From contig JAJYMC010000062.1 of the NCBI GenBank assembly GCA_021787335.1, positions 44,053-68,052 on the forward strand: DNA of 24,000 bases. Direction: 5' to 3'. Both the position numbers and the translations under genes were made by a program. This DNA comes from Bacillota bacterium. Lineage in GTDB: Bacteria; Bacillota; Sulfobacillia; JAJYWN01; JAJZPE01. Under the pieces are notes generated by a model that made no database searches, was not told the DNA's origin, and saw only the letters and a program-made list of their open reading frames with translations. Shown one piece after another: positions 14,473 to 22,792 of the stretch; positions within the stretch are counted from its first letter, which is position 1; each line of letters starts with the position of its first letter.

Positions 14473-16938
14473 ATGATCAGGATCAAATCGCCCAGGACCA
14501 CGTCGCCCAGGACCACGCCGCACAGGACCACGCCGCACAGGACCACGCCGCCCAGACTCATCGGCGCCGTCCTTATCGGGCTGACCCTGACCGCGGCCGG
14601 CCTGCTGCTGGCCGCTTGCCGCGCGGGAGGCCAGGCCGCCACGTCCACCGTCCAGGGCTCAGTGACAGCCATGCAGGAGATGGCCCCCGGGCGCTTCCCC
14701 AAGCTGGCCGGGGCGAAAGTGACCCTGGAGCCAGGGAAGCAAAGCACGGTCACGGTCGAAGGCGGCAAGTTCACCTTCGCAAAGCTCCCCGCGGGAGCCT
14801 ACCGGTTGACGGTCGAGGCCGACGGGTTCGTCACCTACCATTCGGCCGAGCCGGTCCTCGCCCCGGCTGGGGCCACGGTGGACGCGCCGGTCTTCATCTT
14901 CCCCGAACCGGCTGGGGCTCCGCAGGCCCAACTGTCGGTGCAGAGCGAGGACGCCACAGTCCCCTATGGTGTGACCCTTCCGGTGTCCATCTCCGGGAGC
15001 AAGGACGCAGCCTCCGACGGCATTAGGTGGCAGGTCGTCGGCCCGGACGGCCGCGTTCTGGCCGACCCCTACCTGGGCGCGGGCCACGAGTTGCAGCTCA
15101 AGCTGTCCTCCATGCCCGGCTCGACCCCCTTCGACTTCGAGTTCATCCCACCGAAGCCGGGGCGCTACGTGCTCCGTCTCCTTCTGACCAATGGGCTCAC
15201 CCCGCAGGCCGCCGGGGACGCCGTGGCCGAGGCCACCGTCGTGGCGGCCAACACGGCGCCGGAGGCCGTCCCGTCGGTCATCGCCGGACCCAACCCGCCG
15301 AGCAAGCAGACGGCGGGCGGGCTCCGCGCGTCCAGCGGCCTGAACGTCGTCGACGCCGGCCGGACGGTCTACCTTCGCGGTTGGGCCGTCGACGTGAACA
15401 TGCCCTCGCCCGAGGTCTACAACCCCGGCGGGGTCGCCCCGGACCTCTACGGCAAGAACCACGACCAGTATCAACGGCAGTTCAAGTTCCTCTGGCGACT
15501 GGAGTACTCGGCCGACGGCAAGACCGGCTGGACGGACGTCAGCGCCCGCCTGACCTACGGTTCCGCGGCCGACGTCCCGGTGCCGTCGGAGTACCCGCAC
15601 TTCACCGCCGACCGGGCCGGCTACTACCGGGCCACTTTGCGGGTCAGCGACCAAGATCCGGCGGGCGCGCTGACCGGATCCCCGGTCAGCCTCACCGTCT
15701 TGGCGGAGGCCGATGGCCGCGTTGACACCGGCGCCTGCGCTTCGTGCCACGGCGACCGGGTGGCCTCATGGAAGGCCGGCCCGCACGGGCAGACGACCGG
15801 CGCGGCCGGATGCCAGGATTGCCATGGGCCGGCGCGCGTCCACCTGTCCGTGAACGCCGGGGATACGGCCGCCAAGCGGGCGACGCAGTCCGTCTCGCTG
15901 GCCTCCGGCACCTGCGGCCAGTGCCATAAGCAGTACGCCGAATGGGAGAAGGCCCGCCATAGCGACGGCTACTCCTACGGCTACTCGGAAGTGGCTGAGC
16001 CACTCCTTCTGAACTGCGTCAAGTGCCATAACCCCAAGGGCTTTGCGCAGGCCGTGACGATGGCCAAGGAGCAGGGAAAGGGATTCGAGGAGATCGAATT
16101 CAAGGTGGCCCCGCCGGGGGCTCCGGCCAACGCCCCAGCTGTCATGCCCGACTTCTCCAAGCTGCCGCCGAAGGACGATGCCGGCGTCACCTGCGCCACC
16201 TGTCACGATCCGCATCCCACGGCCGGCAAGGACGGGAAGGTGGCCCCGTTCGCCCTGCGGGCGGGCGCGACCGGCGCCACGTGCGACACCTGCCATCGCG
16301 AGAAGTGGCAGAACGCCGTCCTCGAAGCCAAGGCCGGGCAGTACGGCAACGGTTACGACTGGCGCCCCGCGGACAAGATCAAGAACCCGCATGACACCGC
16401 GGACAAGTGCGTCCTGTGCCACATGGCCACCGGGGTCACCGGCACCGACGCCGCCGGTGTCCGCCTGGTTGGCGGGCACACGTTGAGGATGCGCGACGCC
16501 GGCCCCGACGGCCTGCTGGGCGGGTACGGCCCGCGGGCCGATGACCCGTCGAAGGACCGCGATCCGTCCGATAAGGACGACATCCTGAACCTGGCGGCTT
16601 GCCAGAGTTGCCACAAGGGCCTCGACACCTTCGACCGTGAAGACGTCCAGAAGAAGGTCTACGACAAATGGGTGACCCTGGGCAACCTGCTCAAAGAGCG
16701 CAATGGCGGCGTTCTGCCGGAGGCCAAGCCCGGCGACAAGTGCGCCACCTGTCATCGCGGCGGGACGTTGCCCTTCAAGGACGACCCGGACCTGATCCTC
16801 GAACGGGCCTACACCAACTACAAGCTCATCAAGAACGACCGAAGCTGGGGCATTCACAACCCGGCCTACGTGCTGCAGCTCCTGGACGATTCCATCAAGC
16901 ACGTCAAGGAAGACTACCGCCCATCGGGCGGGAAGTGA
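14473..16938 (+). CDS. Multiheme c-type cytochrome lipoprotein (nine CxxCH motifs) with N-terminal beta-sandwich domains
   Basis: ATG 14473 follows GGGGGAG. Lipobox LLLAAC. A CarboxypepD_reg-like segment (KVTLEPGKQSTVTVEGGKFTFAKLPAGAYRLTVEADGF) and Ig/PKD-like regions precede the heme motifs CASCH, CQDCH, CGQCH, CVKCH, CATCH, CDTCH, CVLCH, CQSCH and CATCH. Confidence 0.9.
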   Translation: MIRIKSPRTTSPRTTPHRTTPHRTTPPRLIGAVLIGLTLTAAGLLLAACRAGGQAATSTVQGSVTAMQEMAPGRFPKLAGAKVTLEPGKQSTVTVEGGKFTFAKLPAGAYRLTVEADGFVTYHSAEPVLAPAGATVDAPVFIFPEPAGAPQAQLSVQSEDATVPYGVTLPVSISGSKDAASDGIRWQVVGPDGRVLADPYLGAGHELQLKLSSMPGSTPFDFEFIPPKPGRYVLRLLLTNGLTPQAAGDAVAEATVVAANTAPEAVPSVIAGPNPPSKQTAGGLRASSGLNVVDAGRTVYLRGWAVDVNMPSPEVYNPGGVAPDLYGKNHDQYQRQFKFLWRLEYSADGKTGWTDVSARLTYGSAADVPVPSEYPHFTADRAGYYRATLRVSDQDPAGALTGSPVSLTVLAEADGRVDTGACASCHGDRVASWKAGPHGQTTGAAGCQDCHGPARVHLSVNAGDTAAKRATQSVSLASGTCGQCHKQYAEWEKARHSDGYSYGYSEVAEPLLLNCVKCHNPKGFAQAVTMAKEQGKGFEEIEFKVAPPGAPANAPAVMPDFSKLPPKDDAGVTCATCHDPHPTAGKDGKVAPFALRAGATGATCDTCHREKWQNAVLEAKAGQYGNGYDWRPADKIKNPHDTADKCVLCHMATGVTGTDAAGVRLVGGHTLRMRDAGPDGLLGGYGPRADDPSKDRDPSDKDDILNLAACQSCHKGLDTFDREDVQKKVYDKWVTLGNLLKERNGGVLPEAKPGDKCATCHRGGTLPFKDDPDLILERAYTNYKLIKNDRSWGIHNPAYVLQLLDDSIKHVKEDYRPSGGK
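14491..14556 (+). repeat. 15-bp tandem repeat (about 4.4 copies) within the cytochrome signal-peptide n-region
   Basis: CCCAGGACCACGTCG, CCCAGGACCACGCCG, CACAGGACCACGCCG, CACAGGACCACGCCG, then CCCAGA. It encodes SPRTT-SPRTT-PHRTT-PHRTT-PPR. Confidence 0.9.
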
Positions 16939-17002
16939 GGCCATCGGGGCGTGAAGCGACTCGGCCGGTGAAGCTGGACTGAGGCTGCGGTAGGACAAAC
17001 GG

Positions 17003-17042
17003 TCCCCTCCGGTGAAATAAACCTCCGGAGGGGATTAGTTTT
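17003..17042 (+). terminator. Rho-independent terminator after the cytochrome gene
   Basis: TCCCCTCCGG (17003-17012) pairs with CCGGAGGGGA (17025-17034), followed by TTAGTTTT. Confidence 0.8.
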
Positions 17043-17088
17043 GGTCAAGAGAAGCGCGAGCGGGTCGGCGCGGCGGTCGGGGTTGGAC

Positions 17089-18375
17089 GTGTCGCCGGCG
17101 GCCACGGCCGCCCGCCTTGAAAGGGACATCGCGGCTTTTGCCAGGATTGGCGGGGAGCGGACGCCTGAAGGGTTTTGGGCGGTGACCCGACCGGCCTTGT
17201 CCGAGGCGGACCGGGCGGCCAGGGCCCACTTGATCAAACTGATGGAGGGCCTGGGCTTGGCGGTGCGGGCCGACCCGGCCGGCAATGTCATCGGGACATG
17301 GGCGGCCGCGGGAAGCGCGGCGGGGACGGCGGTCGGCGGTGCGGCCTCCGAGGCCGGCGCCGCGCCCGTGGCCGTGGGCTCACACCTCGATAGCGTGCCG
17401 ATGGGCGGGCGGTTTGACGGCGTGGCCGGCATCGTCGTCGGCCTCGAGGCCGTCCGGCGCCTGCGAGCGTCCGGGTTCGAGCCGGCCCGACCCGTCGAGC
17501 TCATCGACTTCACCAACGAGGAAGGGGCGCGCTTTTCGCCCGGCCTCTTCGGCAGCCAGGCGATGCTCGGGAAGTTCAGCCCCCGGGCGCTCCGCGAGAT
17601 GCGCGACGTGGACGGGCGGTCGATGTACGCCGAACTCGTGGCCGCGGGCTACAAGCCGGACCACTTCGAGCACCGCCGGCCCGGCGACCTCGCGGCCTAC
17701 TTCGAGGTTCACATCGAGCAGGCCGGGGTCCTGGAGTCCAAGGGGTTACCCCTCGGAGTGGTCACCGGCATCGCCGGCCCCGTCTATCTGGAGGTGACCG
17801 CGGAAGGCCGCGCGGCCCACGCCGGGGCGACGCCCATGGGCCTCCGCCGCGACGCCATGACGGCCGCCGCTGAGGTCATCCTTCAGGCCGAGAAGATCGC
17901 CCGGGCCGACTCCGAGCGGGTCGTGGCCACGGTCGGGAAGCTCTCGGTCGAGCCGGGCGCGGCCAACGTCATCCCCGGGCGGGTCCGGTTCACCGTGGAT
18001 GTCCGCTCCATCGACGCCAAGGCCCGTGACAAAGCCACCTCCAAGATCATGGCCGCGGCGATGAAGGTCGGCGAGGCCCGTCAGGTCAGCATCGACGCCA
18101 AGCAGACCAGCGAGTTCGCGCCGGTGATCTTGCCGGAAGGGATGGTCGGGCTGCTCGAAGGGGCGGCCAAGGCGGCCGGCGCGCCATTCTGCCGCTTGCC
18201 CAGCGGCGCCGCCCACGACGCGATGATGATGGCCCAGATCGCCCCGGTGGGGATGCTCTTCGTGCGGAGCCTCGGGGGCGTGAGCCACAGCCCCCAAGAG
18301 CTGACGTCCTACGACGACCTGGCCCTGGCGGCGATGGTCTTGGAACGAGTGCTAAGAGAAACGGCGGGCCGGTGA
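17089..18375 (+). CDS. M20-family Zn-dependent amidohydrolase (allantoate amidohydrolase / N-carbamoyl-L-amino-acid hydrolase type)
   Basis: GSHLDSVPMGGRFDGVAGIVVGLEAV and the later NVIPG and GAAHDA motifs are typical of this family. The track start TTG 17041 lies inside the terminator U-tract. TTG 17083 or GTG 17089 are more plausible, but the start is uncertain. Confidence 0.8.
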   Translation: MSPAATAARLERDIAAFARIGGERTPEGFWAVTRPALSEADRAARAHLIKLMEGLGLAVRADPAGNVIGTWAAAGSAAGTAVGGAASEAGAAPVAVGSHLDSVPMGGRFDGVAGIVVGLEAVRRLRASGFEPARPVELIDFTNEEGARFSPGLFGSQAMLGKFSPRALREMRDVDGRSMYAELVAAGYKPDHFEHRRPGDLAAYFEVHIEQAGVLESKGLPLGVVTGIAGPVYLEVTAEGRAAHAGATPMGLRRDAMTAAAEVILQAEKIARADSERVVATVGKLSVEPGAANVIPGRVRFTVDVRSIDAKARDKATSKIMAAAMKVGEARQVSIDAKQTSEFAPVILPEGMVGLLEGAAKAAGAPFCRLPSGAAHDAMMMAQIAPVGMLFVRSLGGVSHSPQELTSYDDLALAAMVLERVLRETAGR

Positions 18376-18410
18376 GGCCCGCCGCTCTTGCTCCGCTAGC
18401 TTTCGACCGT

Positions 18411-18977
18411 TCAGTCCGACCCCTTCTGATCCCGTTCGAAGTCCTCAACCGTACGGGCGCCTTGACGTGTAACCGCCTCATAGATACGGCTGCTGAGGCC
18501 ATCCCGGAGCTGGCCGAGGCGATGGTAATGGCGCTTGATAGCCAGGATTGCCTCGCGCGTCTCGGGCGTCAGGGCGGCCCGCAACTCTCTTACCGCGGCA
18601 AAGGCCGTTGTTTCCTCCCGGTCGGTTAGCCAGAGGTCGATGGACCAGTCGCCCGTCGGCCCCGGGTAATGGTCGATGCCGATCTTGATGGCCCCTACGT
18701 CGCGATAATCGGTCAGGCGGAGTTCGCCCACGCCCTGGAGACCTAATAGCCTTGGCCAGAGGTCGCTGACGACGGCCGCCAGGCCAACGTTCCGCCATCG
18801 GGTGGTGCCGATGAGGACGTGGACATCGATGTCCCTCTTGACCATGAGATTCAGGGCCACGCTGCCGACCACTTCGGACCGGCCATAGCGCGCTAGAATC
18901 TCCAGCAACCCAAGCCTGGCGACGATGAGCTCAGCCTCTCTCCGCAGGGTCTCATGCCCAGGCACGTTGTCAGGCAT
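18411..18977 (-). CDS. Nucleotidyltransferase-domain protein
   Basis: GSVALNLMVKRDIDVHV resembles the GS-x(n)-DxD minimal nucleotidyltransferase motif. ATG 18977 is preceded by GGGAGGG at 8-nt spacing, so the track extension to 19190 is rejected. Confidence 0.6.
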   Translation of the reverse strand: MPDNVPGHETLRREAELIVARLGLLEILARYGRSEVVGSVALNLMVKRDIDVHVLIGTTRWRNVGLAAVVSDLWPRLLGLQGVGELRLTDYRDVGAIKIGIDHYPGPTGDWSIDLWLTDREETTAFAAVRELRAALTPETREAILAIKRHYHRLGQLRDGLSSRIYEAVTRQGARTVEDFERDQKGSD

Positions 18978-19030
18978 GGTTTTCACCCTCCCGCCCGATG
19001 TCGTGGTCCGTAGCCCTAACACGCTCACGG

Positions 19031-19162
19031 TCATGACTGGGGGCGACGCTCCCACTCGATGATCCGGCGCAGTGACTCCGCCAGCGCCACCGGTTCCCGG
19101 TAGCCCAACTCTGTCCGGATGCGCCGGGTGTCGGCGAAGAGGTGTGGCTGAAGTCCAACAGC
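19031..19162 (-). pseudogene. Remnant of the 3' end of an NAD-dependent epimerase/dehydratase-type gene
   Basis: The minus strand reads HLFADTRRIRTELGYREPVALAESLRRIIEWERRPQS-stop. This is collinear with the C-terminus of the 23039-23434 ORF (HLFADARRIRAELGYREPVVLAESLRRTIAWERRPKGRK). An in-frame TAA lies just upstream and there is no start codon. Confidence 0.6.
19041..19145. repeat. Diverged direct repeat, copy A (partner at 23055-23159)
   Basis: My hand alignment gives about 89 identical positions out of 105, in the same orientation. Confidence 0.7.
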
Positions 19163-19247
19163 TTATGCCTCTCTTCGTACTCGTGCTCACTGGTCTCGCG
19201 GCTGGCAGAGCGACGAGGCAAGATCACCGTGGGTGTCCATGGTCGCC

Positions 19248-19403
19248 CTACCAAGAGCGGCCTCGTATAGACCGACGAAACATGGCGAAGACGAGCAGCA
19301 GAAGGAGAATGCCTATCAAGGGGCCGAGAAAAGGAAACAGGAAGAGGGGTCCCAAGGGGCCACCCCACGCGGCAGCTCCCCACCAACCTCCACACCACGG
19401 CAC
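19248..19403 (-). CDS. Small (about 51-54 aa) single-pass membrane protein, absent from the ORF track
   Basis: My minus-strand translation is (VIL)VPWCGGWWGAAAWGGPLGPLFLFPFLGPLIGILLLLLVFAMFRRSIRGRSW-stop. GTG 19403 follows GGGAG at 8-nt spacing, and GTG 19412 is an alternative. It lies 66-75 nt downstream of the ATPase stop on the same strand. Confidence 0.4.
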   Translation of the reverse strand: MPWCGGWWGAAAWGGPLGPLFLFPFLGPLIGILLLLLVFAMFRRSIRGRSW

Positions 19404-19478
19404 AAGAATCACTCCCGGTAGAACGATTTGGGAATCTCCCGGAGACTTGTCCCCGAACGGCTGAATCCTGCCCCCAGC

Positions 19479-21449
19479 TCAAACCTGCCGTGCCCGGAGG
19501 CCATTGGCCACGGCCAGTAGTTCGCTGGTTTCGTGGGCTGTCACTGCGGCACTGACTCCAAGAATGCCCAAGAAGGCGGACGGCACCAGCACCGCGAGCA
19601 CCAGCAAGGAGAAGACGATGTTCTGACGGCTGATGGCCTTGGCGCGGCGCCCGAGCCGAATGGCGAAAGCCACTTTGGACAGGTCATCCGACATGAGGGC
19701 CACGTCGGCCGCTTCAATCGCGGCGTCGGTTCCCGCAACCCCCATCGCCATGCCGACAGAAGCTGCGGCCAGGGCCGGGGCATCATTGATTCCGTCTCCG
19801 ACCATGAGGACGCCGCGGTATTTCTGGACGAGTTCTTCGACCACTCGGGATTTGTCCTCGGGTTTCATCTCGGCACGGACTTCCCCGATGCCGAGTTCGC
19901 CGGCGATTGCCCTAGCCGTTCGTTCGTTATCGCCCGTGAGCATGATCAGGTGGCGCACGCCGGCCCGGCGTAGATCCTGCAGGGCTGCTTTCGCTTCGGG
20001 GCGAACCTGATCGCGGATGGCAATCAGGCCGGCCACCTCTCTTTCCGTGCCGACCAAGACCACAGTGTGACCTTCATCGCGGAGGCCGTCAATTCGGCCC
20101 TGAATAGCTGTGGACGGTGTGACTTCGAAGCCGGTGAATAGCTCCGGACTACCCACGTAATAGGTTCCGTCCGCAACACGGGCCTGAGCGCCCGAGCCAG
20201 CCAGCGCGGTAAAGTCCCAGGAGGCGGGCACTTCGAGGCCCTCTTCGTCTGCCCTGCTCATGATGGCCTGAGCCAGCGGGTGCTCAGAGAAACGTTCCAC
20301 CGCAGCCGCTGCGGCCAGCACTTCGCCGGCTGAACGGCTTGCCTCAGCAATGACGGTGGTCACGACGGGCCTGCCACGGGTCAGGGTGCCGGTCTTGTCT
20401 AAGGCCACCGCCTGGATTGCGCCGAGGTTTTCGAGGTGGACTCCGCCCTTGATCAGCACACCGTGACGGCCCGCCGTGCCGATGGCAGCAGCCATAGCCA
20501 CAGGGGTGGACATGATGAGTGCGCATGGCGCCGCAGCGACCAGCAAGACCACAGCACGGATGGCCCAGAACCGCCAGTCAAGGCCGAAGAGCGGCGGCAA
20601 CGCCAACAACAGGAGAGCGGCCAGCAGCACCGCAGGACTGTAGCGGCGGCCGAATCGTTCGATAAAGCGCTGGGCTATGCCCTTCTGAGCCTGGGCTCTT
20701 TCCACCAGGCGAATGATCTTGGAGAGGGTGTTGTCTTCGAACGATACCGTTACCTCAACGGTGAGGGCGCCGGCGCCATTTACCGTACCAGCGAAGACAC
20801 AGTCGCTCTTGCCCTTCTCAACGGGGAGGGACTCACCCGTGATGGCGGCCTCGTTGATACTAGAGCGACCGGCTCGGATGACTCCGTCGGTGGCCAAGGA
20901 TTCGCCGGGCCGCACCAGAATACGGTCGCCTGCTTTCAGAGATGTAGCTGGGACGGTTCGCTCGCCCTCGCCCTCCAGCAGGTGAGCCTCTTTGGGCGCC
21001 AAGTCCAATAGTGCCTTGATTGCGGAGCGAGTGCGGGCGAAGGTGTACTCCTCAACGCCTTCTGCTGCGCCGTAGAGGAATACCAGGAAAGCGGCCTCCA
21101 CCCACTGCCCAAGAGCGATAGCGCCAACTGTTGCGCCTGCCATAAGGGCCTCGATGCCGACCTCCCTCTCCTTGACCAACTCCTCCCAGCCCTCACGCAA
21201 CCAGTGGTACCCGGCGATTCCGATGGCGGCAAGATAAAGCGCGGCCTGCACGGCAAGAGGCACGCCCCCGCGTCCAAGCAGGTAGCCGACCAACGCAAGG
21301 ACGCCGCCGACAGCCGCATTGCGGATGGGAGGGAAGAGATACCACGGACCCTCAAAGCCCTCTTCATCCTGGTCTTCGTTTTCCTCGGCTTCTTCGTTCG
21401 CGTCAAGCTCTTCCGCGGGTGCGGCAAGCTGCTGGCTTTTCTCGTCCAG
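19479..21449 (-). CDS. Heavy-metal translocating P1B-type ATPase without an N-terminal HMA domain
   Basis: TGES (ITGESLPVEK), phosphorylation site DKTGTLT, hinge GDGINDAPAL, transmembrane APC motif (codons at 20523-20531), and HETSELLAVANGLR in the last helix. The track start TTG 21293 would truncate the first helix. The frame is open up to 21466, with AAGGAGG (21459-21465) 9 nt before CTG 21449. Confidence 0.85.
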   Translation of the reverse strand: MDEKSQQLAAPAEELDANEEAEENEDQDEEGFEGPWYLFPPIRNAAVGGVLALVGYLLGRGGVPLAVQAALYLAAIGIAGYHWLREGWEELVKEREVGIEALMAGATVGAIALGQWVEAAFLVFLYGAAEGVEEYTFARTRSAIKALLDLAPKEAHLLEGEGERTVPATSLKAGDRILVRPGESLATDGVIRAGRSSINEAAITGESLPVEKGKSDCVFAGTVNGAGALTVEVTVSFEDNTLSKIIRLVERAQAQKGIAQRFIERFGRRYSPAVLLAALLLLALPPLFGLDWRFWAIRAVVLLVAAAPCALIMSTPVAMAAAIGTAGRHGVLIKGGVHLENLGAIQAVALDKTGTLTRGRPVVTTVIAEASRSAGEVLAAAAAVERFSEHPLAQAIMSRADEEGLEVPASWDFTALAGSGAQARVADGTYYVGSPELFTGFEVTPSTAIQGRIDGLRDEGHTVVLVGTEREVAGLIAIRDQVRPEAKAALQDLRRAGVRHLIMLTGDNERTARAIAGELGIGEVRAEMKPEDKSRVVEELVQKYRGVLMVGDGINDAPALAAASVGMAMGVAGTDAAIEAADVALMSDDLSKVAFAIRLGRRAKAISRQNIVFSLLVLAVLVPSAFLGILGVSAAVTAHETSELLAVANGLRARQV

Positions 21450-21579
21450 GGATGCGCACCTCCTTCAGGGACTTCCCCTGCTCAATCGGCGAGTAGATAT
21501 TCCATTGACACCGATCACTCATACCCAGATTGGTCCATGAGGGAGACGGCCCGAAACGGGAAAGCGCCTTTGATCATAC

Positions 21580-21613
21580 GCCCCGGACGGATTGCCACAA
21601 GACCGTCCGGGGC
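21580..21613. other. 11-bp GC-rich hairpin in the spacer between the 188-aa gene and the ATPase
   Basis: GCCCCGGACGG (21580-21590) pairs with CCGTCCGGGGC (21603-21613) around a 12-nt loop. There is no U-tract on either strand. Confidence 0.4.
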
Positions 21614-21675
21614 GAGATGTTTCTGAATCGGGGCTCACGGTACCTGATGCTCAAGCTTACTGAACAGCGAGGTTC

Positions 21676-22242
21676 CTACCAGCCACAGCCACCCCAGCCG
21701 CTAGGACTGTACCAACCGTTGTACCGCTGGTTATATTGCGCTGGGGGGCTCTGCGGGTTTGTCGGCGCTTGAGGAGTCTGGTTTGCAGGCGGCGGGTTGT
21801 TCAAGAAGCCCTGTACCCAGTATCGGTGCAACTCAAAGCCACGCTGCAAGCTGAGGTTTGGATTCCGCTGCAGGGCACTCTGCATCCAGGCCTGTTCCAT
21901 CTTCAGAAGATCTTCCCGGCTGAGGCCGGTGGCCTTGACCCACTGGTCGATTAGCGCCTGGTCCATCTGCCAGCATGTCTGGATTATCTGTCGTGCTGCG
22001 TCCGGCGTTGCCGGCGATGCTGGGGGCCAGACCGGTGTCGGTACGGACGTAGGTGCCGGGGTTACCTGTCCAAGAGCTTGTGTATCTCGCATGATGCCGA
22101 CCGGCCGGCCCGAACCAGTACTTGCCTGTGAAACCATCACCGAATTGGGCTTGGCCGCCGCGCCGGCGATTCCGATAGCCGAGACAACCACCACGGTCAG
22201 AGCCCCGGCCAGAATAGCATTTCTCCAAATACGGACTCTCAA
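21676..22242 (-). CDS. Secreted or membrane-anchored protein of unknown function
   Basis: TTG 22242 is preceded by GGAGG (22251-22255) at 8-nt spacing. This gives MRVRIWRNAILAGALTVVVVSAIGIAGAAA, a signal or anchor sequence. A Pro-rich linker, a helical core and a C-terminus NGWYSPSGWGGCGW follow. I recognise no domain. Confidence 0.6.
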   Translation of the reverse strand: MRVRIWRNAILAGALTVVVVSAIGIAGAAAKPNSVMVSQASTGSGRPVGIMRDTQALGQVTPAPTSVPTPVWPPASPATPDAARQIIQTCWQMDQALIDQWVKATGLSREDLLKMEQAWMQSALQRNPNLSLQRGFELHRYWVQGFLNNPPPANQTPQAPTNPQSPPAQYNQRYNGWYSPSGWGGCGW

Positions 22243-22400
22243 CGAATCTTCCTCCGTTTCATGGAACCACGATGGTCTTCCCAGACGATGGACCGTTCCA
22301 CGCATCCCCTCCCCTATGTGGGCGTGCCAGGCGTGTCCAGCACCGGAAGTTCATGCTCAACATGGTGGACCATGGATCGCGGGTCCGCCGCCTAGCGCCT

Positions 22401-22778
22401 CTATGTCTGGCCTGTATCCTTTAGGACCTCCCGCAACAGGTCACCGATGCGGGGATCTGCCAGCCGGTAGTAAACAAGCTTGCCTTCCTTGCGGTACTTG
22501 GCTAGCCCCAAGTGGTGGAGAAGCCTGAGGTGGTAGGAAGCAGTCGCCTTGCTCGCTTCGATCAGATTGGCAACATCGCACACACAAAGCTCGGTTTCAG
22601 CAAGTGCATAGACAATCTTAAGCCGTGTGTCGTCAGCCAGGGCTTTGAAGACTCTTGATGCTCCGTCAATCCGCTTAACCTGGGGCTTGAGCCGGGTGAC
22701 CGTTTCCTCGTTAACCAGGTTGACCTGGCATACCGGTGCATCTAGATAGGCCTGAAGCTTGATCGGCTCCTTAGCCAT
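22401..22778 (-). CDS. ArsR/SmtB-family metal-sensing repressor (CadC-like)
   Basis: ALADDTRLKIVYALAETELCVCDVANLIEASKATASYHLRLLHHLGL contains the winged-HTH and the ELCVCD alpha-3 metal site. ATG 22778 lies 9 nt after AAGGG. ATG 22784 and GTG 22787 are alternative starts. Confidence 0.9.
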   Translation of the reverse strand: MAKEPIKLQAYLDAPVCQVNLVNEETVTRLKPQVKRIDGASRVFKALADDTRLKIVYALAETELCVCDVANLIEASKATASYHLRLLHHLGLAKYRKEGKLVYYRLADPRIGDLLREVLKDTGQT

Positions 22779-22792
22779 GTCCATCACCCTTC

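Noticed and set aside
14491-14556. The short tandem repeat considered as a CRISPR array or other non-coding repeat.
   Set aside because: The units are contiguous with no spacers, only 15 bp long, in frame and inside a well-supported CDS.
14659-16998. Long minus-strand ORFs 14659-15750 (363 aa) and 15766-16998 (410 aa). Similar cases are 4849-5787, 10637-11893, 12090-12944, 6970-7701, 17746-18297 and 22888-23511.
   Set aside because: They are antisense or out of frame to genes with clear family motifs. Their composition is Arg/Gly/Pro-rich and low-complexity, and they have no SD. These are typical stop-codon-poor artefacts of high-GC DNA.
21450-21675. An internal promoter or riboswitch in the 226-nt spacer upstream of the ATPase, suggested by TTGACA at 21505-21510 on the plus strand and the hairpin at 21580-21613.
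   Set aside because: The TTGACA is on the wrong strand for the ATPase and has no matching -10. The hairpin lacks a U-tract. I could not derive a convincing minus-strand promoter.
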